Below are positions 40,210 through 50,317 of a stretch of 64,000 bases of DNA, piece after piece. A model generated the notes under the pieces. That model was given only the letters and a program-made list of their open reading frames with translations. It was not told where the DNA came from and did not search any database. A program made the translations under genes and the position numbers. The stretch is taken from the NCBI GenBank assembly GCA_963843145.1, contig CAWJJC010000028.1, positions 512,001 through 576,000 of the forward strand, given 5' to 3'. The first letter of the stretch is position 1. Every line of letters begins with the position of its first letter. Source of the stretch: an uncultured delta proteobacterium. Its GTDB lineage: Bacteria; Desulfobacterota; RBG-13-43-22.

Positions 40210-40998
40210 TTATCGAGAAAAAAGGGTTTCAATTCTTAATCCTATTTCTTTCAAACTTTTTTTGAATTCAGGGATCCGCCCAGCGCTGATTTGACTTTTC
40301 AGGCCCACTACCCAAATGGCGGCCTGCACATCGGGTCGACCCAAATCAAGGGGAATGGCCAGGGAACGGATTCCCTCCAGGTATTCTTCATCGTCCAAAG
40401 CAAAACGATCCGCGGCGGCTTTTTGGACCATTTGTTTGTAGGCTTGAGGGCGGGTGCAGGTGTGCGAGGTAAATTTTCTGAGGTTCTTCTCCACCAGGAT
40501 TTCATCCAGTAGCTCCTCGGGGAGCAAGGACAACAGCGCCTTTCCGTGGGAGCCGGCGATCAAGGGGATTTTCATGCCCTTGGCTGAAGACAACCTGATG
40601 TCGTTAGGGGAATCCACCTTATCCATAATCACCGCCTTCAGATTGGAGCGCAGGCCTAAGAAGACGGAGAGATTTGTCTTTCTGTTGATTTCTTCCAGGA
40701 AGGGCCGAATTTTGGAAATAAGCAGTCCCCCGGCATTCGATTCCCGACTCAGGTCGTGGAGTTTCAGCCCCAGTCGCACTTTATTCCCGGGGACGGTCTC
40801 GAGAATTCCCAGATCCACCAAGGTGTAGATAAGGTTGAAGACGGTGCTCTTGTTCAAATTTAAGGGGCTGGAAATCTCGGTGACACCTAAAGCGGTTCGG
40901 GAGTTCGCCAAAAACTCCAAGATCCGAAAGCATTTGTCCAGAGCCGGAACCCGCTTGAATTGTGTTTTTTTCTTTTCTGGTTGGACTATCATAATCAC
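40210..40998 (-). CDS. IclR-family transcriptional regulator
   Basis: VPALDK, LNKSTVFNL HTH, GKALLS, DDEEYLEGIRSLA. Confidence 0.92.
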   Translation of the reverse strand: MIMIVQPEKKKTQFKRVPALDKCFRILEFLANSRTALGVTEISSPLNLNKSTVFNLIYTLVDLGILETVPGNKVRLGLKLHDLSRESNAGGLLISKIRPFLEEINRKTNLSVFLGLRSNLKAVIMDKVDSPNDIRLSSAKGMKIPLIAGSHGKALLSLLPEELLDEILVEKNLRKFTSHTCTRPQAYKQMVQKAAADRFALDDEEYLEGIRSLAIPLDLGRPDVQAAIWVVGLKSQISAGRIPEFKKSLKEIGLRIETLFSR

Positions 40999-41002
40999 AA
41001 TA

Positions 41003-41092
41003 GGTAACCTCGCAAAAAGTCAAAAAGCGACTTTCTGCAGCCCGGCGCTTATTCGCGCTCGGGCTGTTGACGGACGTATTGAGAGTCCGCCC
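41003..41092. mobile_element. short copy of the 36210 MITE (opposite orientation)
   Basis: ACCTCGCAAAAAGTCAAAAAGCGACTTTCTG-CAGCCCGGCGCTTATTCGCGCTCGGGCTG. Confidence 0.75.
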
Positions 41093-41105
41093 CAATATAT
41101 TCTCT

Positions 41106-41127
41106 ATAGAAAACTTATAATTTCTAT
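41106..41127. promoter_or_regulatory. candidate IclR operator
   Basis: ATAGAAA-N8-TTTCTAT upstream of iclR. Confidence 0.4.
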
Positions 41128-41224
41128 TTAGAACAACTTTTCAGGAATGTCAAGAAAAAGCGCCTGGGTTTAAATTTGATTTATTTTTTCCAGGCGTCGT
41201 TGTAGTATCACCTTTTCGTTTTTC

Positions 41225-41349
41225 GCAGGGCCGGCGACCCCGCCGGCCGGCTGGGTGAGGGATAAGGTTCCCTGCCCATCCAAGGTAAGGCTCCGGCTCC
41301 GGTGGCCAAATCCGGCCCTGGTTTGGGCGGCGGGGTCGCCGCCCCTACG
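41225..41349. repeat. GTAG-type REP dimer
   Basis: CGCAGGGCCGGCGACCCCGCCGGCC ... GGCGGCGGGGTCGCCGCCCCTACG. Confidence 0.7.
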
Positions 41350-41421
41350 AAGAGTACTTCGTCATTCGAGATTCGGAGTTGGCTATTCGAAATTCGTTTC
41401 TATTTTCATGCTAAAGTTAGG

Positions 41422-43269
41422 ATGTCGATGCTGAAAACATGGCCCCCGAAACGAAGTCCTTCCAGCGGTCAAGAAACGACCTTTAAAAAGGGACTCATTG
41501 AGGTGGCTTTGGGAGAAAGACCTGCCCAGCAGGTGTTCCGGGGCGGTCGAGTCCTGAATGTCTACACCGGTGAACTAATCGAGGAAACCGTAGCGCTGTT
41601 CCGGGAGCGGATTGCTTATGTGGGTCCCTCGGAAAAGGCGATCGGGAAAAGAACCGAAGTCTGGGAAGCGCAAGGGCGTATCCTGGTTCCCGGGTATATG
41701 GACCCCCACTGCCACCCGGACCTCTATTCTAATCCGGCCTCCTTTTCGGATTGGGTTGTTCAAACCGGCACTACGGCGGTTTTTGCCGACATGCATGACT
41801 TGGCGAATGCGCTGGGACTGGCCGGAATCCTCCAAGTGTTGAAAGATATCCCTGGCTACCCCTTGACCTATTATCTGGGTGTTCCTTCTTCGGCCCCGCC
41901 CTTTCCGCACTTCGAAGGTGGGGAAAAGTTTCCTTTAACCGTTCTGCTCCGGCTTTTGAAGCGGCCGGAGGCCTTGGGGTTGAGCGAGGTGACGGCCTTT
42001 GTCCGCCTCCTGCAAAAAGATCCCCGGATGCTGAAATTGCTGGTTCAGGCCCGGCGACTGGGAAAAACGGCGGAAGGGCATACCATCGGGGTCAACCAGG
42101 AAAAACTGAATGCCCTGATCGGGGCCGGCCTGACCTCCTGCCATGAATCCCTGACCGCCGCCGATGTGCTGAAACGCCTGAGGCTGGGGCTGTATGTCAT
42201 GCTGCGCGGCGGCTCCATCCGCAACGATCTGCCGGAATTATGCCGGGCCGTCCGGCGGCTGTCCTCTTATGATACCTCCCGGATCATGTTGACTCCGGAC
42301 GGCCTTTTTCCGGAGGAGATGGCTCGGTCCGGGTATCTGGATTATCTGCTCCGGCAAGTGCTGGATCTAGGGGTTGAACCGGTGAAGGCCTATCAAATGG
42401 TGACCCTGAATCCGGCCCGTTATTTCGGGTTGGAGCTGGAACAGGGGGCCATCGCCCCGGGGCGTCGGGCGGATATTCTTCTTTTGAACGACTTGAAAGA
42501 TCCCCGCCCGGTCGGGGTAATGGCCAAGGGGAAATGGGTTCGGAGGGCCGGGAAAAGGACAGCCACTCAGGCGCCTCCCTTCCCTGCGGGCCCCTATGAT
42601 CACCCCTTTGACCTGCCGCCTATCGGGCCTGAATTTTTTCATTTTCAGGTGTCGCACCAGGACCCGTTGCCGATTATAAAAATCGATGACCGGACCGTCA
42701 CCCGGAGGGTGGACCGGAAGGTGCAGGACCGGACGGGAACCGTACAGGCTAATTCCCATGAAGACCTGGCCAAGGTGGCCCTGATCGAGCGTCAGGGAAA
42801 GCAGGCCGCCCTGGGCCTGGTCACTGGTTTCGGCGCCCGGCTGGGGGCCATCGCCTCCACCATGGCCCACGAAACCCACAATATCCTGGTCCTGGGTTTT
42901 GACGACCGGGACCTGGCCCGGGCGGTTAACGAGGTGGTGAAGATGGGCGGGGGGCTGGTCATTGTGAGTCAGGGAAAGGTGCTGGGGAGGCTGGGTCTGC
43001 CGATCGGGGGACTGATGTCTGCTAAGCCGGTTCCGGCGCTGGCCCGGGAAATGGCGCGATTTGTCCGGGTGCTGCGCGAATTGGGGAGCACCCTGGAAGA
43101 CCCGCTGCTGACTTTAAGCTTTCTTTCCTTCACTTCCCTGATTGAACTGCGGATTACCCTGTCCGGGATTTATGAGGTAAAAACCGGGAAGATTCTCTAT
43201 AATGCGATTACGATCCGGTTGATCTCTAATATATATCATGGTATATATTTTATCCGAGAGGTAACCATT
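41422..43269 (+). CDS. ade: adenine deaminase-like amidohydrolase (no own stop; reads into vapB)
   Basis: DPHCH, GTTAVFADMHD, EGH, CHE, GAIASTMAHETHN, LPIGGLMS, LRIT. Confidence 0.85.
43228..43249. promoter_or_regulatory. vapBC operator palindrome
   Basis: AATATATATCATGGTATATATT (one mismatched pair) just upstream of vapB RBS. Confidence 0.65.
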
Positions 43270-43500
43270 ATGCAAAGTGCAAAGTTATTTATCAATGGTA
43301 GAAGTCAGGCTGTCAGATTACCCAAAGAATTCCAGTTTTTCGGAAAAGATGTATTAATTCATAAAGTTGGTGATGCGGTCCTACTTCTTCCCCATGATAA
43401 ATCATGGGAAGTTTTCCTCCATGGCTTGAATAGCTTTTCCGATGACTTTATGAATAGTGGACGCGATCAAGGAATAAATCAGAGTAGAGAACAGCTATAA
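43270..43500 (+). CDS. vapB: VapB antitoxin (AbrB/MazE fold)
   Basis: AKLFINGRSQAVRLPKEF; own GAGG RBS. Confidence 0.92.
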   Translation: MQSAKLFINGRSQAVRLPKEFQFFGKDVLIHKVGDAVLLLPHDKSWEVFLHGLNSFSDDFMNSGRDQGINQSREQL

Positions 43501-43916
43501 TGTATTTATTGGATACCAATATTTGCATTTATATAATCAAAAAGAAGCCAGTGGAGGTTTTAAGGATTCTCAAAAAGAAATCCCAAAAGGAGATTTTTGT
43601 TTCGTCCATAACCGTTGCGGAATTAGAGTATGGGGTTGCAAAAAGTTTATACCCGGGGAAAAATAAGGTAGCCTTAATTGAATTTCTATCTCTCTTCAAT
43701 ATATTGAACTTTGACGATAGGGATGCCGTTGAATTTGGGATCATCAAATTCAAATTAGAAAAAAGCGGCAAAATAATTGGTCCGATGGATTTACTATTAT
43801 CAGCCCAAGCAGAATCAAAAAAACTCATACTGGTCACCAATAATATTAGAGAATTTGAAAGAATTGAGGGTTTAAGAATTGAAAATTGGGTAGGAGAGAG
43901 CTATGGAAAAACATAA
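43500..43916 (+). CDS. vapC: VapC PIN toxin
   Basis: YLLDTNICIY, ELEYG, IGPMDLL, LVTNNIREF. Confidence 0.94.
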   Translation: MYLLDTNICIYIIKKKPVEVLRILKKKSQKEIFVSSITVAELEYGVAKSLYPGKNKVALIEFLSLFNILNFDDRDAVEFGIIKFKLEKSGKIIGPMDLLLSAQAESKKLILVTNNIREFERIEGLRIENWVGESYGKT

Positions 43917-45339
43917 GGTCCTGATCCGTAGGTGCGCGGCCTATGACCCGGATAAGATCGCCGGAATCATCAAGGAGGGGATGGAAGAGCTGGGCGTGAC
44001 CCCGGAAGGGCGGGTCCTTTTGAAGCCCAACGTGGTCCTGGCCCATCCGGAGGTCTTCCCCCAGGCCTTCACCCGGAAAGAGTTTCTGGACGGGGTCTTG
44101 ACAGCCGTCAAGGCCAAAGCCGGGAAGCTCAAGGAACTGGCCGTGGGGGAGCGTTCGGGCATCACCATCCCGACGCGATTCAATTTTAAGAAGGCCGGCT
44201 ACCCGGCGGTGATCCGAAAACACCGGGCCAAGGTCTACTATTTCGATGAGGTGCGTCAGGTGCCGCTGGAGCTGAAAAAGGATGGTCGCCTGCGAGACCT
44301 GATCTTCGTCCCCCAACCCGTTAAGGAATGTGATTTCCTGATCAATCTACCCAAATTCAAGGCCCATCCCTGGACCCGCTTAACCCTCAGTCTCAAAAAT
44401 TTCATCGGTATTCAGGACGATCGGCACCGGTTAATCGATCATACCAGTTTTCTGGAGCATAAAATTGTCGATCTCCAGGAAGTGATTCAACCTAAATTCA
44501 TTGCCATAGACGGCATCATCGCCGGTCAGAAGATGATGCTGACGCCGACCCCCTTTGAGCTGGGGGCCATCGTCATGGGGACCAATTCCTGCGCCGTGGA
44601 TACCGTGGGCTGCCACATGGTTCACGTGGATCCCCAGGATCTTATTCACCTCAAAATGGCCGCGGAAAGGGGCTACGGCCCCATGGATCTTGAGGAGATC
44701 GAGGTGGGCGGGGATTTTCCGCTGGAGGAGGTCCGGGACAAAACCAAGGATTTTCAGTTCTGCCTGGAGCGGATCGATGAGTATTTCCCCAAGGGAGGCA
44801 ACCTGACCTGCACCGTGGGGACCTTTCCGGAAAGGCATTCGGCGGATTACTGCTGGGGAGGGTGCCCGGGGGCCCTGCAGGAAGCGATCCACATTTTTCG
44901 GGGCTTTGATCCGGAGGCGGAACGAAAAATGAAAAAGATCCGCTACGTGGTGGGAAGGGTGGAGGGACCCCTTCACCTGGAACCGGATGAACGGGTCATT
45001 TTCGCCGGCAACTGTACCAGTTGGGAGGGGAATCTGGATGGAGAGCGAGTCAAGATCGAACCCTGCTACGATTCTCCCTCGGCCGTGGATGCCCGAAAAA
45101 CCCCATCGAATGACCTGATGAAAAAACTCGTTGCCGGGCTCTGGGACTGTTTTGAGAACCGTAAATCGAGATATGTCCGGATGAAAGGCTGTACGCTTTC
45201 GGTGGCCGAACATGTCAATTATCTTTCTTCGGTGGGAAAGATAAAGAATCCTAATTTCGATCCCCGCCTTTCCATCCCGGTGACCACGGCCTACTGCCAG
45301 ATGCGAGCCCAGCGGGCCATGAACCGGCTGTTCGGGTAA
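43903..45339 (+). CDS. DUF362 domain Fe-S protein
   Basis: VLLKPN, INLPKFKAH, TLSLKNFIG, Cys-rich C-terminus CWGGC. Confidence 0.85.
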   Translation: MEKHKVLIRRCAAYDPDKIAGIIKEGMEELGVTPEGRVLLKPNVVLAHPEVFPQAFTRKEFLDGVLTAVKAKAGKLKELAVGERSGITIPTRFNFKKAGYPAVIRKHRAKVYYFDEVRQVPLELKKDGRLRDLIFVPQPVKECDFLINLPKFKAHPWTRLTLSLKNFIGIQDDRHRLIDHTSFLEHKIVDLQEVIQPKFIAIDGIIAGQKMMLTPTPFELGAIVMGTNSCAVDTVGCHMVHVDPQDLIHLKMAAERGYGPMDLEEIEVGGDFPLEEVRDKTKDFQFCLERIDEYFPKGGNLTCTVGTFPERHSADYCWGGCPGALQEAIHIFRGFDPEAERKMKKIRYVVGRVEGPLHLEPDERVIFAGNCTSWEGNLDGERVKIEPCYDSPSAVDARKTPSNDLMKKLVAGLWDCFENRKSRYVRMKGCTLSVAEHVNYLSSVGKIKNPNFDPRLSIPVTTAYCQMRAQRAMNRLFG

Positions 45340-45364
45340 GGCGCAGGGCGCGGACCGTAAAGCG

Positions 45365-45540
45365 CGAAGCATGAAAAGAGGCTTTTAACGGATCGAGTCA
45401 GCTCGTCATTCCGGACAAGCGAAGCGCGATCCGGAATCCAGACCTCAGTTAAGCCTCAAAGGCCTGGATGCCGGATCGAGTCCGGCATGACGGAAAAAAT
45501 GAGGCCTAAAAGAGGTAGTGGATTCTAATTTCGTATTAAT
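45365..45540 (+). mobile_element. about 180-bp composite MITE (copy 2)
   Basis: CGAAGCATGAAAA ... CGTCATTCCGG..GGAATCCAG..CTGGATGCCGG..CCGGCATGACG ... TTTCGTATTAAT. Confidence 0.85.
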
Positions 45541-45542
45541 TG

Positions 45543-45911
45543 CTAATGCAGGTCTAAAACCATTTTAAGGGCCTCATCGACCTCTACCATGCGCTCGGGG
45601 GGCATAGTCCCAACTAGGCGGGACTTTCCGGGCTTAAGATTCACAAAACGGTTCGGATCCAAGGACCGGATCTGAAAACAAAGGAATACCGTATCTTCGG
45701 GCAAACCGGTCTCCTGCGATGTAACCCGGACGTTAGTGGGGTAGTCTCGGGTCACCCTGGAAGCGTTCGTCCCGACCACTACTGAAATGACCAGCGGCTG
45801 ACGATTAATGGCGTCGGCGGATACCACTAAAACCGGTCGAAACCCGGCTTGCTCCCGTCCTTTGGTCGGCGTTAATTCCACAAAATAAATCTCTCCCCGC
45901 CTAATACCCAT
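45543..45911 (-). CDS. mazF: PemK/MazF-family toxin
   Basis: RRGEIYFVELTPTKGREQAGFRPVLVVS, QIRSLD. Confidence 0.92.
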   Translation of the reverse strand: MGIRRGEIYFVELTPTKGREQAGFRPVLVVSADAINRQPLVISVVVGTNASRVTRDYPTNVRVTSQETGLPEDTVFLCFQIRSLDPNRFVNLKPGKSRLVGTMPPERMVEVDEALKMVLDLH

Positions 45912-46179
45912 CGGCCAAACCGTCTTTTTCTGTTTCGGCAAATTCCTGAATAATGGTTTGGCACTGGGCCCTAATCTCCGGGTCATCCCCCATCTGTTTC
46001 ATCGCTTCCTCGAAGGTTTGTTTTCTCCGGTGCGCGGCAAAATCCTCCAGGGCCACCATGACCAGTCGATTAAAATTTTCTTTAAGCTCCGGGGGGGCGG
46101 CGGATTTTGCCTCCTCCACGAGCTTTCGAGGCAAAGCAATGCTTCTCCTCACGGTATTTGCATTATGCTGTGCTTTCAT
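45901..46179 (-). CDS. cognate antitoxin (RHH-like)
   Basis: RRSIALP N-terminus, acidic C-terminus EKDGL overlapping toxin start. Confidence 0.8.
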   Translation of the reverse strand: MKAQHNANTVRRSIALPRKLVEEAKSAAPPELKENFNRLVMVALEDFAAHRRKQTFEEAMKQMGDDPEIRAQCQTIIQEFAETEKDGLADGY

Positions 46180-46320
46180 TTGACACCTCAAGTAACACTA
46201 AATTAGCACCAAAAACTGCACCTGTCAAATCTTGATTTTGGTGGGAAGTGTGATCACGTGGCCAGACGGCCAGGCCAGATATGGGGGGTACCCCCCAAAA
46301 AGGGACAAAGCGTCAAATAA

Positions 46321-46627
46321 GATGAGTTCGCAAAAAGTCCAGAATTGTCATCCTGAACGAAGTGAAGGATCTCGGAACTAGCTGAAAAAACAAGATTCTT
46401 CGTCCCGCGCTATCGCGTGACGAAGAATGACAAACTCTCTCCGACAGAATTTTTGCGAGACCATCAATTAATGACGGTTTCGCAAAAAGTACTCCGGGCT
46501 GTCATTGCGAGGAGTCACGCCTTAGGCGTGACGACGAAGCAATCCCCAAGAATCAGCTACTTGCCATGGTGGGGATTGCTTCGCTTCGCTCGCAATGACG
46601 GGTTTTTCGACTTTTTGCGAACTTATC
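46321..46627. mobile_element. two tandem TIR MITEs (46321-46465, 46473-46627), each enclosing a TGTC-type REP dimer
   Basis: GATGAGTTCGCAAAAA/TTTTTGCGAGACCATC and GACGGTTTCGCAAAAAGT/ACTTTTTGCGAACTTATC. Confidence 0.8.
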
Positions 46628-46629
46628 AA

Positions 46630-47135
46630 TCTGGCCTACAGGGCTCCATGTTTTATGAACCGAAGGAATCAAGAGGAAGCCCGATTCGTCGATAAAGACG
46701 AGGTGGGCTGCCAGCCTTGCGGCGTTTTTTTTACACGGGGCCAGACAGATTGTTTCCATTTCTTGATGGCCTCTTCGTCCCGCTCAATAGCGCGACGTTC
46801 CGGCTTCTGGTGGCTCCAACCTATCTGGTGGAGGAGTTTGCCCACGTGATTACGATGGTATTTCACTCCCAGTTGACTTTCGATCAGTTCGGCAATGCGT
46901 TGTGTGGTCCACAACTCGGTTCGGTAGCCGTGTGCCATGGCCCCCTGAGTCAGGAATCGAACCAAGCGTTCTTTCTGTCTCGTTGTCAGCTTTGGCGGTC
47001 TCCCGGACACCGGCTTGGCCTTCAACGCTTTTTCACCACCGTTCTGGAATGCATCGCGCCACCGAAGGACGCTGCTGGCATGACAACCCATACGCCGGGC
47101 GATCTCATGAAGGGACAAATTTTGTTTAAGAAATA
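46630..47135 (-). pseudogene. IS630-family transposase fragment
   Basis: GRPPKL, LWTTQRIAELI, WSHQKPERRAIERDE; poly-A frameshift to FIDESGF; truncated by the MITE. Confidence 0.9.
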
Positions 47136-47209
47136 ATAAGGGCTAAACAAAATATTAGTTTGTCCGATGAAGCGTAATGGAATCTTAATTTTATTTAGAA
47201 AATGGAGCG

Positions 47210-47644
47210 ATGACTACTTTGAAATCAGGGTTTATCTTGGAAACCGGTAAAGGATTTACCATTATTGAGTTAATCGTTGTTATCGCCGTTATGGGTATCC
47301 TGGCGACGATAGCTATCGCCCGCACCTTGGATGCTCCGGTTATAAACGCTCGTGAGGCGGCGGCCATGGTAGGGACGGATGTCCGGCGGACACAGGAATT
47401 GGCCATGGCCAATATAGTCACCTACCGGATTGTTTTCGACGGGACAAGCAGTTACCAAATAATACGAGACCCCGGAGGAACCAATACCATTGTGAAAACA
47501 GAGACCATTCCCGCCGGAATAACCGCTTCCGCCACAACAATTGATTTTAATTCACTGGGAGAGCCCAGCGGGGGGGGCACCATTAACGTAGGGGGTAGTT
47601 CCGTGACGGTAGCCCAATATACCGGACGCGTCAACTACCTTTAA
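47210..47644 (+). CDS. minor pilin (MshC/GspH-like)
   Basis: G^FTIIELIVVI prepilin motif; FNSLG..TG C-terminus. Confidence 0.88.
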   Translation: MTTLKSGFILETGKGFTIIELIVVIAVMGILATIAIARTLDAPVINAREAAAMVGTDVRRTQELAMANIVTYRIVFDGTSSYQIIRDPGGTNTIVKTETIPAGITASATTIDFNSLGEPSGGGTINVGGSSVTVAQYTGRVNYL

Positions 47645-47663
47645 TCATGAGGTTTGCCGGGAT

Positions 47664-48083
47664 ATGACGCCTAAAAGATCCTCCTTAACCGCTTCGGACG
47701 GCTTCACCCTGATTGAGGTCATCGTTTTTCTGGTTGTCGCGGGTATAGTCCTACCCCTGGCAATTGCCCCATTCGTGACCGCCATTAACAAGAGTGGAGA
47801 CCCGCAAGCGGTGATCACGGCTAATTTTTTAGCCTCCCAAAAATACGAAAGACTTGTGGGGGCCGGGTATTCCAGCCTGCCGACCGCCTCCCAAGTGGAA
47901 ACCATAACTCTTAATAGTCAAACCTTTACCCGGACCACAGAGGCACCGGTTGAAGTGAGTGCCGCCGATCTGAGCACCCCCCAGAGCGGAACGGGAATCA
48001 AAAGGATCACCGTTACCGTGATCCAGGCCCAGGTCCTACCCGGTGGTTTGACCATTATCGGGCTGGTTTCCAATAGGGTATAA
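47664..48083 (+). CDS. minor pilin (MshD/PilV-like)
   Basis: G^FTLIEVIV; KRITVTV. Confidence 0.88.
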   Translation: MTPKRSSLTASDGFTLIEVIVFLVVAGIVLPLAIAPFVTAINKSGDPQAVITANFLASQKYERLVGAGYSSLPTASQVETITLNSQTFTRTTEAPVEVSAADLSTPQSGTGIKRITVTVIQAQVLPGGLTIIGLVSNRV

Positions 48084-48086
48084 CCC

Positions 48087-48563
48087 ATGGGTAAACCTCG
48101 AGGTTTCTCTTTTATCGAATTGATCGTAGTCATCGTTATTCTGAGCATCGTGGGTCTGATGGTCTTTAGTTTCCTGGGGAACAGCATGGCTTCTTATATG
48201 ATTGTCAAGGAGAGGGACCGGATATTCGATGAAGGCTTGACGGCCATGGAGCGGATGAGCCGCGAGATCAAGGATGCACGTTATGATTCCGTCACTTATC
48301 CGATCACGGCGGTGGCCAATACCAGCGTCTCCTTCACCCGGAAACACGCCACCCCGCGGGACGCCTCGACCAGTATCACTTTCCGGAGAAACGGAAATGT
48401 GTTGGAGCGGGTGGGGAATGTTTCGGGAACCCGCGTACTGGCCGGCAATGTGGCTTCTTTCTCCCCGACCGTTTCCGGGAAAAATGTGGATTTCAGCCTG
48501 GGTCTATCCGTCAGCGGTGGAGGGACCCTGGTGTTGCAATCAAGCGCCGTTGCCAGGAACTAA
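48087..48563 (+). CDS. minor pilin (MshO/PilW-like)
   Basis: G^FSFIELIV; ERMSREIK; LAGNV. Confidence 0.88.
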   Translation: MGKPRGFSFIELIVVIVILSIVGLMVFSFLGNSMASYMIVKERDRIFDEGLTAMERMSREIKDARYDSVTYPITAVANTSVSFTRKHATPRDASTSITFRRNGNVLERVGNVSGTRVLAGNVASFSPTVSGKNVDFSLGLSVSGGGTLVLQSSAVARN

Positions 48564-48585
48564 AAGAGGATAAAGAAAATCCGCC

Positions 48586-49562
48586 ATGGCTGACCAGAAA
48601 AAAAATAAAAACGAATCCGGTTCGGCGATGATTATTATGATAGCTACCATAGCCGTTCTGAGCGTCATCGGCTACATACTGGGGTCATTGATTTCCAGAC
48701 ATCAGGAGTCCATATCTGTGAATATGGACTCAGCCCGGGCTTTCGCCCTCGTCCAAAGCGGAGTGGAATATGCGGGGAAATACCTCGAGGGGGCGAATTT
48801 TACGACCGTGGCCAATCCCCCTACCAAGACCCTGGGGACCGGCACCTTCAGCACCGCCTTCAGCGGGGCGACTATAAACCAAATTACCGCCACGATCACC
48901 GGGACTTCCGGTACGGCCACCCGCCGGATCACGGTCGGCTATAAGAAAAATGGGGGGGCCATCGTCAGCGGTACGTCCATCGATCCGGGGTCCAATCCGA
49001 ATGGTCACATAACCTGTGATGCCACTACAACTTGTAATAATAGTAACATGCAAACGTGTGCCTGCACTCTGGAAAATGTTCCGGCCTCGGCTATTCCGGT
49101 AATCCCGGTCCCATTGGCCGACACCGCCAGCCATACCCAGGGGATGCAGCGTCGGCAGCATTACCATTCCGGCAGGTACTTATTACTGCCCAACCTTTTC
49201 GATTAATCATAATCAGGATGCTCATGTGGCCGGCGTGGTAACGATATTTTGCGATCATTTCAGCATCGATAACCATGCCAGTTTAAATTTTGGGGCGAGC
49301 GATCAGGCCGCCAACCTGACCATCATCGCCTCCACTTCGGTTACTATCGATAACAACACGAATATGAAAGGGGCCGTTTATGCCCCCGGGGTTACGATAA
49401 CGCAGGAATAATAGCTCCGTCTTTCAGGGAATGATGGTGGGAAATTTTGTAAGCTTGAATAATAATTATACGGTGATCTATGATGCAACCGCCGGGGCGA
49501 ACACCCCTTATGGCGGCACCTTTTCAGCCTCGGTCAAGGCTGTCGACTGGCAGGGTTTTTGA
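48586..49562 (+). CDS. PilX/MshP-like tip pilin with beta-helix C-terminus (frameshifted)
   Basis: G^SAMIIM (no E5), RAFALVQSGVEYA; repeats such as VTIDNNTNMKGAVYAP across frames. Confidence 0.75.
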
Positions 49563-49682
49563 TGATCCGAGTGGGGAAGTATTCCTTATTGTACATGTCA
49601 ATAAATTGAAATGGAAATCGGGATTCAGACCATAATGCTTTTTAGGTTCTAACCCGGCCCTCTTATCTTCAAATTTTTCAGA

Positions 49683-50010
49683 TTAAGGGCCTCATCGACA
49701 TCTGCCATACGCTCTGGGGGCATAGTCCCGGCCAGGGGGGACTTGCCGGGGCTTAAGATCCACTGGCCAATCCGTCCCTTTCGGTTTCGGCAAACTCACG
49801 AACAATGGTTTGGCACTGGGCACTAATCTCCGGGTCATCCCCCATCTGTTTTATCGCTTCCTCGAAAGTTTGTTTTCTCCGGCGCGCGGCAAAATCCTCC
49901 AGGGCCACCATGACCAGTCGATTGAAGTTTTCTTTAAGCTCCGGGGTGGGGCGGCGGATTTTGCCTCCTCCACGAGCTTTCGAGGCAAAGCAATGCTTCT
50001 CTTCACGGGT
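49683..50010 (-). pseudogene. degenerate second copy of the MazF TA pair (most of toxin deleted)
   Basis: Matches 45566-45643 joined directly to about 45912-46155. Confidence 0.88.
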
Positions 50011-50092
50011 TTATTCTTTACATTAGGCGACGGATGAATTATATTCTTAAACAAATAATAATTCATTTTACTGATTATTGTAGAGGTGGATC

Positions 50093-50317
50093 ATGAGAAG
50101 CACGATTACCGAACGTGGACAGACGGTCATTCCTGCGGAAATACGGCGTCAATTCCGGTTAAGTCCGGCTGACCGCCTGGAATGGCTGGTGGAACCGCAG
50201 GGAATCCGGGTTGTTCCAGTGCGAGCCAATCCCATCGAGGCCTTTCGCGGCCAGGGCAAAGGAGGAGGGACGGAACGCTTGCTGGCAGACCGCCGGGAAG
50301 AGATGGAAAAGGAATGA
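50093..50317 (+). CDS. AbrB/MazE-family antitoxin
   Basis: STITERGQTVIPAEIRR. Confidence 0.9.
   Translation: MRSTITERGQTVIPAEIRRQFRLSPADRLEWLVEPQGIRVVPVRANPIEAFRGQGKGGGTERLLADRREEMEKE

Noticed and set aside
46417-46695. 92-aa ORF over the tandem MITEs
   Set aside because: Translation of palindromic repeats, not a protein family
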